From the NCBI GenBank assembly GCA_014382705.1, contig JACNJE010000082.1, positions 19,665 to 83,664 on the forward strand: DNA of 64,000 nucleotides. The letters are read 5' to 3'. The position numbers and the translations under genes are program-made. Every line of letters begins with the position of its first letter. Positions within the stretch are counted from its first letter, which is position 1. Under the pieces are notes generated by a model. It saw only the letters and a list, made by a program, of their open reading frames with translations. It had not been told where the DNA came from and did no database searches. Origin of the DNA: Verrucomicrobiota bacterium. GTDB lineage: Bacteria; Verrucomicrobiota; Verrucomicrobiia; Limisphaerales; UBA1096. Positions 1 to 8,300 of this stretch are shown here, in pieces.

Positions 1-2
1 TT

Positions 3-218
3 CTGGTATTGGCGGTCATCCTGATTTTTTTCGGCGCCAAGAAACTGCCCGAGCTGGCCAAGGGCATGGGACAGGGAATCAAGGAATTCAAGAAAGCCAC
101 CCGTGACGTAAACTCCGAGCTGGAGCGGGCGATGGATGATCAACCCACCCACATCCCGCCGCCCTCCCCGCAGATCGCCGAGCAAAGCGCCGGCAACGAA
201 ACCAAGAAGGACGCCTGA
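3..218 (+). CDS. tatA: Twin-arginine translocase subunit TatA/E family (N-terminus cut by window edge)
   Basis: The frame is open from the window start. LVLAVILIFFGAKKLPELAKGMGQGIKEFKKA matches the TatA TM helix plus amphipathic helix signature. The gene lies directly upstream of tatC. Confidence 0.85.
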   Translation: MVLAVILIFFGAKKLPELAKGMGQGIKEFKKATRDVNSELERAMDDQPTHIPPPSPQIAEQSAGNETKKDA

Positions 219-254
219 TCGCACAGGTGAATCCGAGTGACTTGGCTCTAACCC

Positions 255-1721
255 ATGTCCAAGGAACCCGAGGGGCCCCCGAAGCCTGACCAACCCCAGA
301 CCGACGGCCAAGCGGAACCCCCCGAGACATCCCCCGGTCAGGAGACCCCCGAACAGGAAGCCGCCCCGGAAGCAGGCGGGGAATCCGGCCAAGCGCTTGG
401 CCAAGCGGACGGGGAGCACCCCGAACCGAGCGGGGACAATCAGGAACACGACGATCCCCACCATACGGAGGAAACGCCGCACGACGATCCGTATCACCAC
501 GATTACGAGCACGACGATCACGACGCCTATCACGCCCATCATGATGAGCATTACCGTCACGGGCATGAAGAATACCAAGGGGAACAACAAGGCGAACCCG
601 CCACAACCTTGCCCGTGCCGGTTGGCTCCGGCTCTGATGGAAATGGAGACAACGACCAGCCTGAACTTGATGAGGACGGCGAGGAATACGGCGGCCCGGT
701 CAAGTCGTTCCTCGAGCACATGGAGGATTTGCGCTGGATGCTCATCCGCTGCGTGGCTTCAGTGTTCGTGGCCATGGTCGTCTGCCTTGCCGGTGCCCCC
801 TACCTCGTCAAGGCGCTGGCTTGGCCGCTGAACAAGGCCAAGCATTCCCTCACAGAGAGCCGGGAAACCACCCTGCTCACGGAGAGCAAAAGTGAGATCC
901 TCATCCGGCTGACGGAAAAGGAGACGGTTCGAGTCCCGATTCTGACCAATCTCCTGGACGAAGCACGCAAACAGCTAAATCTGCCCGAATCGACCGGGGT
1001 TCCCGCGTTCCAACTCACCCCGGCGGTTGAGGACGGGAAGCTGCAGTTGCTCCTGAAGCCCGACACCAACACCGTCGCCAACAGTAACATCGCCACCCGG
1101 GCCGGGCCGGAACTCAAGGCGATGGGGCCACTCAGCGCGTTCCTGGTGGCGTTGCAGTTGGCGTTCTACGGCGGCATCATGGTGTCTTCCCCGTTCATCC
1201 TGTTTTTTGTCGGCCAGTTCACGATTCCGGCCCTGCGTAAAAAGGAGAAAAAATACCTCAAGCGGGGCGTGGTCGTGGGTGGCCTCCTGTTCTTCAGCGG
1301 TGTGGCGTTCTGCTATTTTCTGGTGATGCAAATCGCGCTGAGCACCTCGGCGCTGTTTGCCAACTGGCTCACGTTCGGGGCTGACGTCTGGCGGGCGGAG
1401 GATTACATCAACTTCGTCTGCAAGTTCATGCTCGGCATGGGCATCGCGTTCGAGCTGCCAGTCGTGATCCTGGTTCTGGTGAAAGTGGGCGTTCTCGACT
1501 ACAAGAAACTGTCGGCGTTCCGAATGTATTGGGTGGTCATCAACCTCGTGCTCGCCTCCATCCTGACGCCCCCGGATCTGGTCACCCAGATTCTCATGGC
1601 CCTGCCGATGCAGTTCTTTTATGAGTGCAGCGTTCTCATCGCCTGGATCTGGTATCGGCGTGACCGGAAACGAGAGGCGGCCGAGGCCGCGGCCAGCCCG
1701 ACCAATGGACCGGAAAAATAG
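255..1721 (+). CDS. tatC: Twin-arginine translocase subunit TatC with a long acidic/His-rich N-terminal extension and an enlarged first loop
   Basis: 488-aa ORF. The core from about aa 150 (SFLEHMEDLRWMLIRC..., multiple TM segments, ...TPPDLVTQ...) is TatC-like. Its position after tatA supports the call. Confidence 0.85.
   Translation: MSKEPEGPPKPDQPQTDGQAEPPETSPGQETPEQEAAPEAGGESGQALGQADGEHPEPSGDNQEHDDPHHTEETPHDDPYHHDYEHDDHDAYHAHHDEHYRHGHEEYQGEQQGEPATTLPVPVGSGSDGNGDNDQPELDEDGEEYGGPVKSFLEHMEDLRWMLIRCVASVFVAMVVCLAGAPYLVKALAWPLNKAKHSLTESRETTLLTESKSEILIRLTEKETVRVPILTNLLDEARKQLNLPESTGVPAFQLTPAVEDGKLQLLLKPDTNTVANSNIATRAGPELKAMGPLSAFLVALQLAFYGGIMVSSPFILFFVGQFTIPALRKKEKKYLKRGVVVGGLLFFSGVAFCYFLVMQIALSTSALFANWLTFGADVWRAEDYINFVCKFMLGMGIAFELPVVILVLVKVGVLDYKKLSAFRMYWVVINLVLASILTPPDLVTQILMALPMQFFYECSVLIAWIWYRRDRKREAAEAAASPTNGPEK
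388..410. repeat. Iterated palindrome, 1.5-unit form GGCCAAGCGCTTGGCCAAGCGGA (inside tatC)
   Basis: Exact 23-mer also present at 44517..44539. Confidence 0.9.
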
Positions 1722-1784
1722 CCCCAAAAGGCTTTACACAGGCAACCTTTCGACTACGCTGCCCGTCGCTTTTTGACTGATCCA

Positions 1785-2288
1785 ATGAGATATTTCGCAA
1801 AAACCGCCGCCGCTGCCGCCCTCATCGCCATTTTTTCCGTCGGCTGTGCCGGGCCCGAGAACAAGCTGGGGCGTGGCATCCGCAATTTCAGCGAGTTCAC
1901 CCGAATGGGTGAATTCAGCCGTTCCGTCGAGCAAACCGCCCTCTGGGACGGCCCGCAGCACGCCTACACCACCGGCGTTGTGCGCGGCCTAAGCCGAACC
2001 GCCGCCCGCACCGCCGTCGGTTTCGCGGAGATTATCACCTTCCCGATCCCCACCCCGGACTACGAACCATGGCTGAAAGCTGAGACCGTCTATCCCGATC
2101 CATCCATGGCCACGCTGGACTACCCGTGGGGCGGCATGGTGATGCCGGACGACGCCCTGTTCCCGGCCAGCTACACGCCCGGCCTTTGGGATGACGGCGT
2201 CTTCCACCCGAACACCGCCATCGGGTTCGGCGGCGGCGACGTGGCTCCGTTTTTCCCCGGCAGCCGTTTCAGGGTGTTTGACCACTGA
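1785..2288 (+). CDS. Lipoprotein resembling the exosortase-system-associated TIGR04073 family
   Basis: Lipobox signal (LIAIFSVGC). KLGRGIRN and GFAEIITFPIP motifs recalled from that family. The ATG at 1785 is preferred over the TTG at 1773. Family assignment is from memory only. Confidence 0.5.
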   Translation: MRYFAKTAAAAALIAIFSVGCAGPENKLGRGIRNFSEFTRMGEFSRSVEQTALWDGPQHAYTTGVVRGLSRTAARTAVGFAEIITFPIPTPDYEPWLKAETVYPDPSMATLDYPWGGMVMPDDALFPASYTPGLWDDGVFHPNTAIGFGGGDVAPFFPGSRFRVFDH

Positions 2289-2310
2289 GCCGCAGTTCAG
2301 CAACTTTCCC

Positions 2311-2340
2311 GGCGCCAGCCCTGCGGTTGGCGCCTTTTTT
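2311..2340 (+). terminator. Intrinsic terminator-like hairpin after the TIGR04073-like gene
   Basis: GGCGCCA (2311-2317) / TGGCGCC (2328-2334), a 10-nt loop, and T6 (2335-2340). It ends 5 nt before the ispE GTG. Confidence 0.55.
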
Positions 2341-2345
2341 GTGCC

Positions 2346-3233
2346 GTGAAACTCAGTCGCCAATCGCACTGCAAAATCAACCTGCTGCTCAACGTCACCG
2401 GCCGGCGCGCCGATGGCTTTCACGAGCTGGAGATGCTGATGCTGCCGGTGCCGCTCTTTGATCGGCTCGACTTCGAGTTGGCCGGCGAGCGCATCGAGCT
2501 GACCTGCAACCGGCCCGGCATCCCCACCGACGCAGGCAACTTGGTTTGCCAAGCCGCCGAGTCGTTCGCGGCCAAGGCCAGCGTCTCCGGCGGCGTCCGC
2601 ATCCACCTCGAGAAAACCATCCCGGCCGAGGGCGGACTCGGCGGCGGCAGCGGCAACGCGGCGGCAACCCTCCTCGCGCTCAACGAGCTTCATGGCCAGC
2701 CGCTTGCCCAAGCGGCGCTTCAGGCGCTCGCCGCCGAACTCGGCAGCGACGTCCCATTCTTTCTGCAAGCCGAAGCCGCCGTGGCCAAGGGGCGCGGCGA
2801 GATCATCGAGCCGATCGCCCCGCTCACCGCGCTCGACGGCAAGGTGCTGCTGCTCGTCCGGCCCGGCTTCGGCGTCCCGACGCCGTGGGCGTACCGCAGC
2901 TTGGCCCAGTTTCCCGATGCGGCAACCCGCCCGCTTGGCCAAGCGGATGAACTGGCCAAACGGTTGGCCAACGGCTCACTCGCCGCTGCTGCCGGTGCGT
3001 TTTACAACTCACTCGAGGCGCCGGTCTTCGACAAGTTCCCGCTGCTGAAGTTGCTGAAAGAACACGCCTTGGCCAATGGCGCGGAGGCCGCGCTCCTGTG
3101 CGGAAGCGGCTCGACCGTCTTCGCAATCTGCCCGGACACGGCGGCGGCGCAGTCGCTTGGCCAAGCGATGGAGTCCAAATTCGGCCAGCAGCCACTCACG
3201 CAAGTCGTCCGGCTGCCTTGCAAAACAGGGTAA
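2346..3233 (+). CDS. ispE: 4-diphosphocytidyl-2-C-methyl-D-erythritol kinase
   Basis: N-terminal KINLLLNVTGRRADGFHELE and the GHMP kinase motif PAEGGLGGGSGNAAATLLAL. GTG start. Confidence 0.9.
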   Translation: MKLSRQSHCKINLLLNVTGRRADGFHELEMLMLPVPLFDRLDFELAGERIELTCNRPGIPTDAGNLVCQAAESFAAKASVSGGVRIHLEKTIPAEGGLGGGSGNAAATLLALNELHGQPLAQAALQALAAELGSDVPFFLQAEAAVAKGRGEIIEPIAPLTALDGKVLLLVRPGFGVPTPWAYRSLAQFPDAATRPLGQADELAKRLANGSLAAAAGAFYNSLEAPVFDKFPLLKLLKEHALANGAEAALLCGSGSTVFAICPDTAAAQSLGQAMESKFGQQPLTQVVRLPCKTG

Positions 3234-3251
3234 ATCAGGTAAGTTCGGCTC

Positions 3252-3506
3252 ATGAGTATACAGGCAGATAAATTGGCAGAGCAACTCCTGACATTGCCAA
3301 GCAGTGACCGGGCCCAAGTGGCGCGCCGGTTGATTGCGAGTTTGGAGACCAAGACCGAGCCGACGGAAGAAGTCGAGGCAGCTTGGCGGCAGGAGATAGC
3401 CAAACGAACTCAGGAACTCGACGAAGGCCTCGTCGAAACCACCCCCGCCGGCCAAGTGATCGCGGAAATCCGGCAGCGGTTGCATGACTCCCCGGCTGCA
3501 TCCTGA
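3252..3506 (+). CDS. Putative addiction-module antitoxin component
   Basis: 84-aa helical protein (LLTLPSSDRAQVARRLIASLE..., EIAKRTQELDEG). It overlaps the downstream toxin-like ORF by 23 nt. Confidence 0.6.
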   Translation: MSIQADKLAEQLLTLPSSDRAQVARRLIASLETKTEPTEEVEAAWRQEIAKRTQELDEGLVETTPAGQVIAEIRQRLHDSPAAS

Positions 3507-3774
3507 AGCGCAGGCCGAGTTGGCCGCTGCGGCCTTGTATTACGATGGCGAATGTCCGGGATTGGGAGAGGAATTTCTTGATGCCGGAGAGTCGTCGTTA
3601 TCCGCGATCGCTTTTGACCCGGCACGGCATCGACAGTTCGATGAGCAGCACCGTAAAATAAATCTTCATCGATTCCCTTATGCGTTGATTTATAAGGCAA
3701 CGCCTCAAGCGGTTGTCGTGAAGACTGTCATGCATCTCCATCGTCAACCGGGCTATTGGAAGCGCCGCCAATGA
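3484..3774 (+). CDS. ParE/RelE-family type II toxin
   Basis: 96 aa. Pattern ...HRKINLHRFPYALIYKATPQAVVVKTVMHLHRQPGYW is typical of plasmid-stabilisation ParE/RelE toxins. Translationally coupled to the upstream antitoxin. Confidence 0.6.
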   Translation: MTPRLHPEAQAELAAAALYYDGECPGLGEEFLDAGESSLSAIAFDPARHRQFDEQHRKINLHRFPYALIYKATPQAVVVKTVMHLHRQPGYWKRRQ

Positions 3775-3777
3775 TTA

Positions 3778-5220
3778 TTACAGCCAGCCCTTGAAAATCA
3801 GCGCGGGGAGGGTGCGCCATTTCATGCGGCGGATTTTTTTTGGCGACGCGCCGAGGTAGCGGGGGCGGCCGTCCACCGGCACCCCGTCCGGCCCGATGCG
3901 CACCCCTTTCCCTGTTATCCGCTCACGGATCGAGCGTAGCAGCTCAGCGGCCATCGCCTCGGAGTGGAATTCGATGGCAACTTCCGTGTTTAACCGCTCG
4001 GAGCGGGGGTCGATGTTGAACGAGCCGACCATCCCAATGCCGGCCCGCTCTAGGACCATGCTCTTGGCGTGCAGCGTCTCCATCCCCTCGCAGCCCGGTT
4101 CGCCGGCCAACTCGATAATCTCCAGCCCGAGCGCAAGGTAGGCCTCCTTCTCCCGCTGGTAAACCGCCTGCACGAGAAGGTTGTCGGTCGAGGCGAGGGA
4201 ATTGGTGAACACGACCACCCGGACACCGCGCCGGACGGCCTCGCCCAGCACGGCCCGGGCCTTTCTGGTCAGGATGAGGTAGGGCGACTCGATCCAGATC
4301 GTCTCCCCCGGTTTGGCACGGTTCACCAGCGCGGCAAGATGATGCCCGGTGTGGCGGCCGCGGGTTTTACGGCCCCCGGGATCGGACAGGAAACGGATTT
4401 CGTCCACCGGCTGCAGGCGCTGGTTCCAGTCGGTTCGGCTCGGCACCTCCACAACTTTGGGATGCGACTTAAACTCCGCCCACGTCCGGTCAAGCGCGGC
4501 GGCGGCCGCATCGATGTCGCGTTGAAGAATCGCCCGATGCACCGGCGGGATGGCCCGGCGGCGGCTCGCCGTGAGGCGCTTGGGCGCGGCGGCGGGCCGG
4601 GTGAGGCAGCGGTATTTACCGATGAGCATCGGCTTCACCTTCGGCCCGTTCCAGAGTGTCATGAAGTGCGCGTTGGCCTCCGCAGCGGTGTCGCCCTCGA
4701 CGAGGATGTCCCGGTCGATCCGGTTGCGATACGCCGAGTCTCCCTCCTTCCGGAACCGGCTCAGGCCGAAATAGGAGTTGTCGATATTGCGCCCGCCGGT
4801 GATCAACCTGTGGCCGTCCGCAATGAAAAGTTTGTCGTGCAAACGCCGGTTGAACCGAAACGGCTTCAGCGGGTCGAATGGGTGGAACACCCGGATCTCC
4901 ACGCCTTCCCGAACCAGGTGCGCGCCGAGATGCGCGGGAATACTGTTAAAAAGAGCATCAACCATCAGGCGCACCTTGACCCCGCGCCGGGCCGTTTCGC
5001 GCAGCAGCGCAAAACCCCGCATTGTGAAATCGTCCTCCTCTCCGCCGACGTAAAAGTAGGAAATGTTCAGCTCGCGCTTGGCCTCGTTGGCGAGGTCGAA
5101 TCGGGATTGCGCGGCCTCCATCGGGCCACTGAGCAAGCAGACACGGTCGCCCTTGGCCAACGGGACGGCAACCGCCAGCAGGGCGCAACACGCAAACAGG
5201 CGCTTGGCCAAGCGATTCAT
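3778..5220 (-). CDS. Secreted phospholipase D / cardiolipin-synthase-like protein (two HKD motifs)
   Basis: HKD motifs HDKLFIADGHRLITGGRNI and LHAKSMVLERAGIGMVGSFNIDPRS. Start set at MNRLAKRLFACCALLAVAV (signal peptide) rather than the upstream ORF start at 5337. Confidence 0.8.
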   Translation of the reverse strand: MNRLAKRLFACCALLAVAVPLAKGDRVCLLSGPMEAAQSRFDLANEAKRELNISYFYVGGEEDDFTMRGFALLRETARRGVKVRLMVDALFNSIPAHLGAHLVREGVEIRVFHPFDPLKPFRFNRRLHDKLFIADGHRLITGGRNIDNSYFGLSRFRKEGDSAYRNRIDRDILVEGDTAAEANAHFMTLWNGPKVKPMLIGKYRCLTRPAAAPKRLTASRRRAIPPVHRAILQRDIDAAAAALDRTWAEFKSHPKVVEVPSRTDWNQRLQPVDEIRFLSDPGGRKTRGRHTGHHLAALVNRAKPGETIWIESPYLILTRKARAVLGEAVRRGVRVVVFTNSLASTDNLLVQAVYQREKEAYLALGLEIIELAGEPGCEGMETLHAKSMVLERAGIGMVGSFNIDPRSERLNTEVAIEFHSEAMAAELLRSIRERITGKGVRIGPDGVPVDGRPRYLGASPKKIRRMKWRTLPALIFKGWL

Positions 5221-5280
5221 CCGTGGCGGTTGTATAACCGCAGAAACCCCCGGTAACAACAATATCCGCTTGGCCAAGCG
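5201..5280. repeat. Two copies of CGCTTGGCCAAGCG (5201-5214 in the PLD signal-peptide codons; 5267-5280 in the divergent spacer)
   Basis: Exact 14-mers read from the sequence. Confidence 0.9.
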
Positions 5281-5348
5281 CAAGGTTTGCGGCTTGACAG
5301 TTCCGCCGTGGGACGCACGCTTTCGCAGTTCAGCCAAATCTTTTTCTC

Positions 5349-8300
5349 ATGAAAACAGACACGCACCTCTCTCGTTGGTTTCGTTCGACCCGTCGCTTGG
5401 CCAAGGCAGCCGGGTTGAGTCTCGGCTTGGCCATGGTGGCGATAGGCCAAGCCGATCCGGCCAAGATCACCTCTCATCCGAGCGACCTGTCGGCGGAAGA
5501 GGGCACGTCGACCCGCCTGTCGGCTGAGGTGTCCGGGAGCCCGAACACCTACCGCTGGCACCGCGCCAACGGCGGTGGCGGCGCACTGGCCTTCGCGGGC
5601 GACAGCCAGTACGTCTCGGTGCCCATCGACGTGCCGGAGACGGAGTACACGGTGGAGTTTTGGTTTCGCACCGACGATCCCAACGCCGGGCTGTTCTGCG
5701 CGGTGGACGCCAACCTCGGCGGCGGCGGCCACGACCGGCACATCCATCTCGCCGACGGCAACATCCGCATCCGCACCTGGAGCGACCCCGGCGTGGAGGT
5801 GTCCGCCGGGCTGAACCTGGCCGACGGCAAGTGGCACCACATCGCGCACGTGATCAGCGTCGAGCTGGGCGGGCAGTTCGTTTACGTGGACGGCGAACCA
5901 GTGATCGAGGGGGTCAAGGATATGTCCAACTTCGACTGGCAGAAACACGTCAACATCGGGTTCTCCAACGATGCCGGCTCGCCACACCTCGTGGGAGAGA
6001 TGGATGAGCTGCGAATCTGGGACTACGCATTCGAGCAGGAGGAAATCCAGGCGCGGATGAACAAGCCGCTCAGCGGCGACGAGGAATGGCTGCTGGCCTA
6101 CTACAACTTTGACGAGACCGAGGGGGACACGCTGGCCGACTCGAGCGGCAACGAGTACGAGGGTGCGCTGATGAATTTCGCGGAAAGCGGCTGGGGTGCC
6201 TCGGCGGCCCGGCTCGGCGTGGAGTCCGCCATGAACGACGGCGGCGGCATCTCCGGCACCGACTCGGCGGAGCTGAAGTTCGCCCGCTTGGCCCAGGCCG
6301 ACGCGGACACCTACTTCCTGCGCGTGAGCAACCCGGACGGCGGCGTGGACAGCGACAAGGCCAGACTGACGGTCACCGTCGAGACCGTCCCGCCGGCCTT
6401 GGTTTCCCACGGGGCACTGGTCACTGAGGATGAGTTCACGGAAGTGGCCGTGCAGTTTGACGAGGCCCTGAACCCGGACGCCGCCGAGGAGGTCGGCAAC
6501 TACTCGATTGCCGGGGCCACCGTGGTGGATGCGATCCTGCAGGAGAGCGGCGACGGGGTGTTGCTCGATGTCGAGGGACTCGATACCGGCGACTACCAGT
6601 TGACCGTCTCGGGGCTGACCGATCTCGCCGGGAACAAGATGGCTCCCTCCAAGACCGGCGGCGGCTTCATCTCCCTGCAGCCGCTGAACATCGGCGACAT
6701 CGACCCCACCGGGGTGGCGCACAATTTCGGCGGCGAGATAGAGGTGATCTCCGGCGGTGCAGACATTTGGTCCAACGCCGATGACTTCACGTTTTTGTTC
6801 GAGGAAAAAACCGGCGACTTCGACATGGCGGTGCAGGTGCGCTCGATCAGCAACCCCAACGGATGGGCACGCAACGGCCTGATGGTGCGCGAGTCGCTGG
6901 ACGACATCAGCAAGATGCTGGGCGCGTTCGCCACTCCGCCCCACGGGCAGGGCTACTTCGCCCTCGATCGGCGCGAGGAGTCGGCCCAATGTTTCTGGTG
7001 GAACAACGACGGGACTCCCGGCAGCGCAGTGAAGCAGGGTGGCATCAAATACGGCAACGACACCGTGCCCGGCCTGCCCGACATTTGGATACGGCTGAAG
7101 CGTTCCGGAAACCGGTTCACCGCCTTCCGCAGCGGCAACGGCGAGGACTGGATCGAGCTGGGCGTGAACACGCTTGAGTTTTCGGACACGGTTTACTTTG
7201 GCATCTGCCAGTCCTCCCCGGGCGCCACCCGGTACGCCAACTACGGGCCGTTCGTGTACACCGGCACGGAGATCGCCATCACCGAGCCGCCGCAAACCGC
7301 CACCGCCACGCTGGGGTGGGAACACACGTTCCGCGTCGGCTACAAGGCCACGACGGCGGGCAAGCCGCTCGCCGAGGGGGAACTGTCGTTTCAATGGCTC
7401 AAAAACGGCCAAGCGATCGCGGGTGCCAACGGGCCAGCCTACACGACCCCGGGTGTGTTGAGCGCGGACGATGACGGCAGCCGCTACTCGGTGACCGTCA
7501 GCCTGGGCGATGTGGCCGCGACCTCCAGCGAGGCGGTGTTGTCCGTGGCCAAGGACAGCACCGCGCCCGTCGTGGCGTCGGCCAAGGCCACCAAGCCGGC
7601 GGGGGTTTCCGGCGGTGGCGCGGCGCTGGGCTTCAAGGGCGGTGGCCAATATGTATCGGTGCCAATCGATGTGCCGGAGACCGACTACACGGTGGAATTC
7701 TGGTTTCGCACAGAGGATCCCAACGCCGGCCTGTACTGCGTGGTGGACGCCAACCTCGGCGGTGGCGGGCACGACCGGCATCTGCACCTCACCGGGGGCA
7801 ACATCCGCGTCCGAACCTGGAGCGGCCCCGGCGTGGAGGTGTCCACCGGATTGAACCTGGCCGACGGCGAGTGGCATCACCTCGCCCACACTCTGGGTGC
7901 CGCCGCCAACGGCCAGCAGATTTTTATCGATGGCGAGCTGGTCGTCCAGGGTGGAAAGGATATGTCCAACTTCGACTGGCAAAAGCACGTCAACATCGGT
8001 TTCTCCAACGATGCCGCCTCGCAGTATCTCGTGGGCGAGATGGATGAACTCCGTATCTGGGGAACCGTCCGCACCGGGGAGGAAATCAACGCCTCCCGAA
8101 ACAAGCCGCTCAGTGGTGACGAGGACGACCTGATCGCCTACTACAACTTCGACCAAACCGAGGGAGACACGCTGGCCGACTTGAGCGGCAACGGACACGA
8201 CGGCGCGCTGATGGGAATGGGCGACCGCAACTGGGCCATGTCCGCCGCCCCGCTTGGCCAAGCGCCGATCGACGGCATTCAACTGCCGACCACGATCGAC

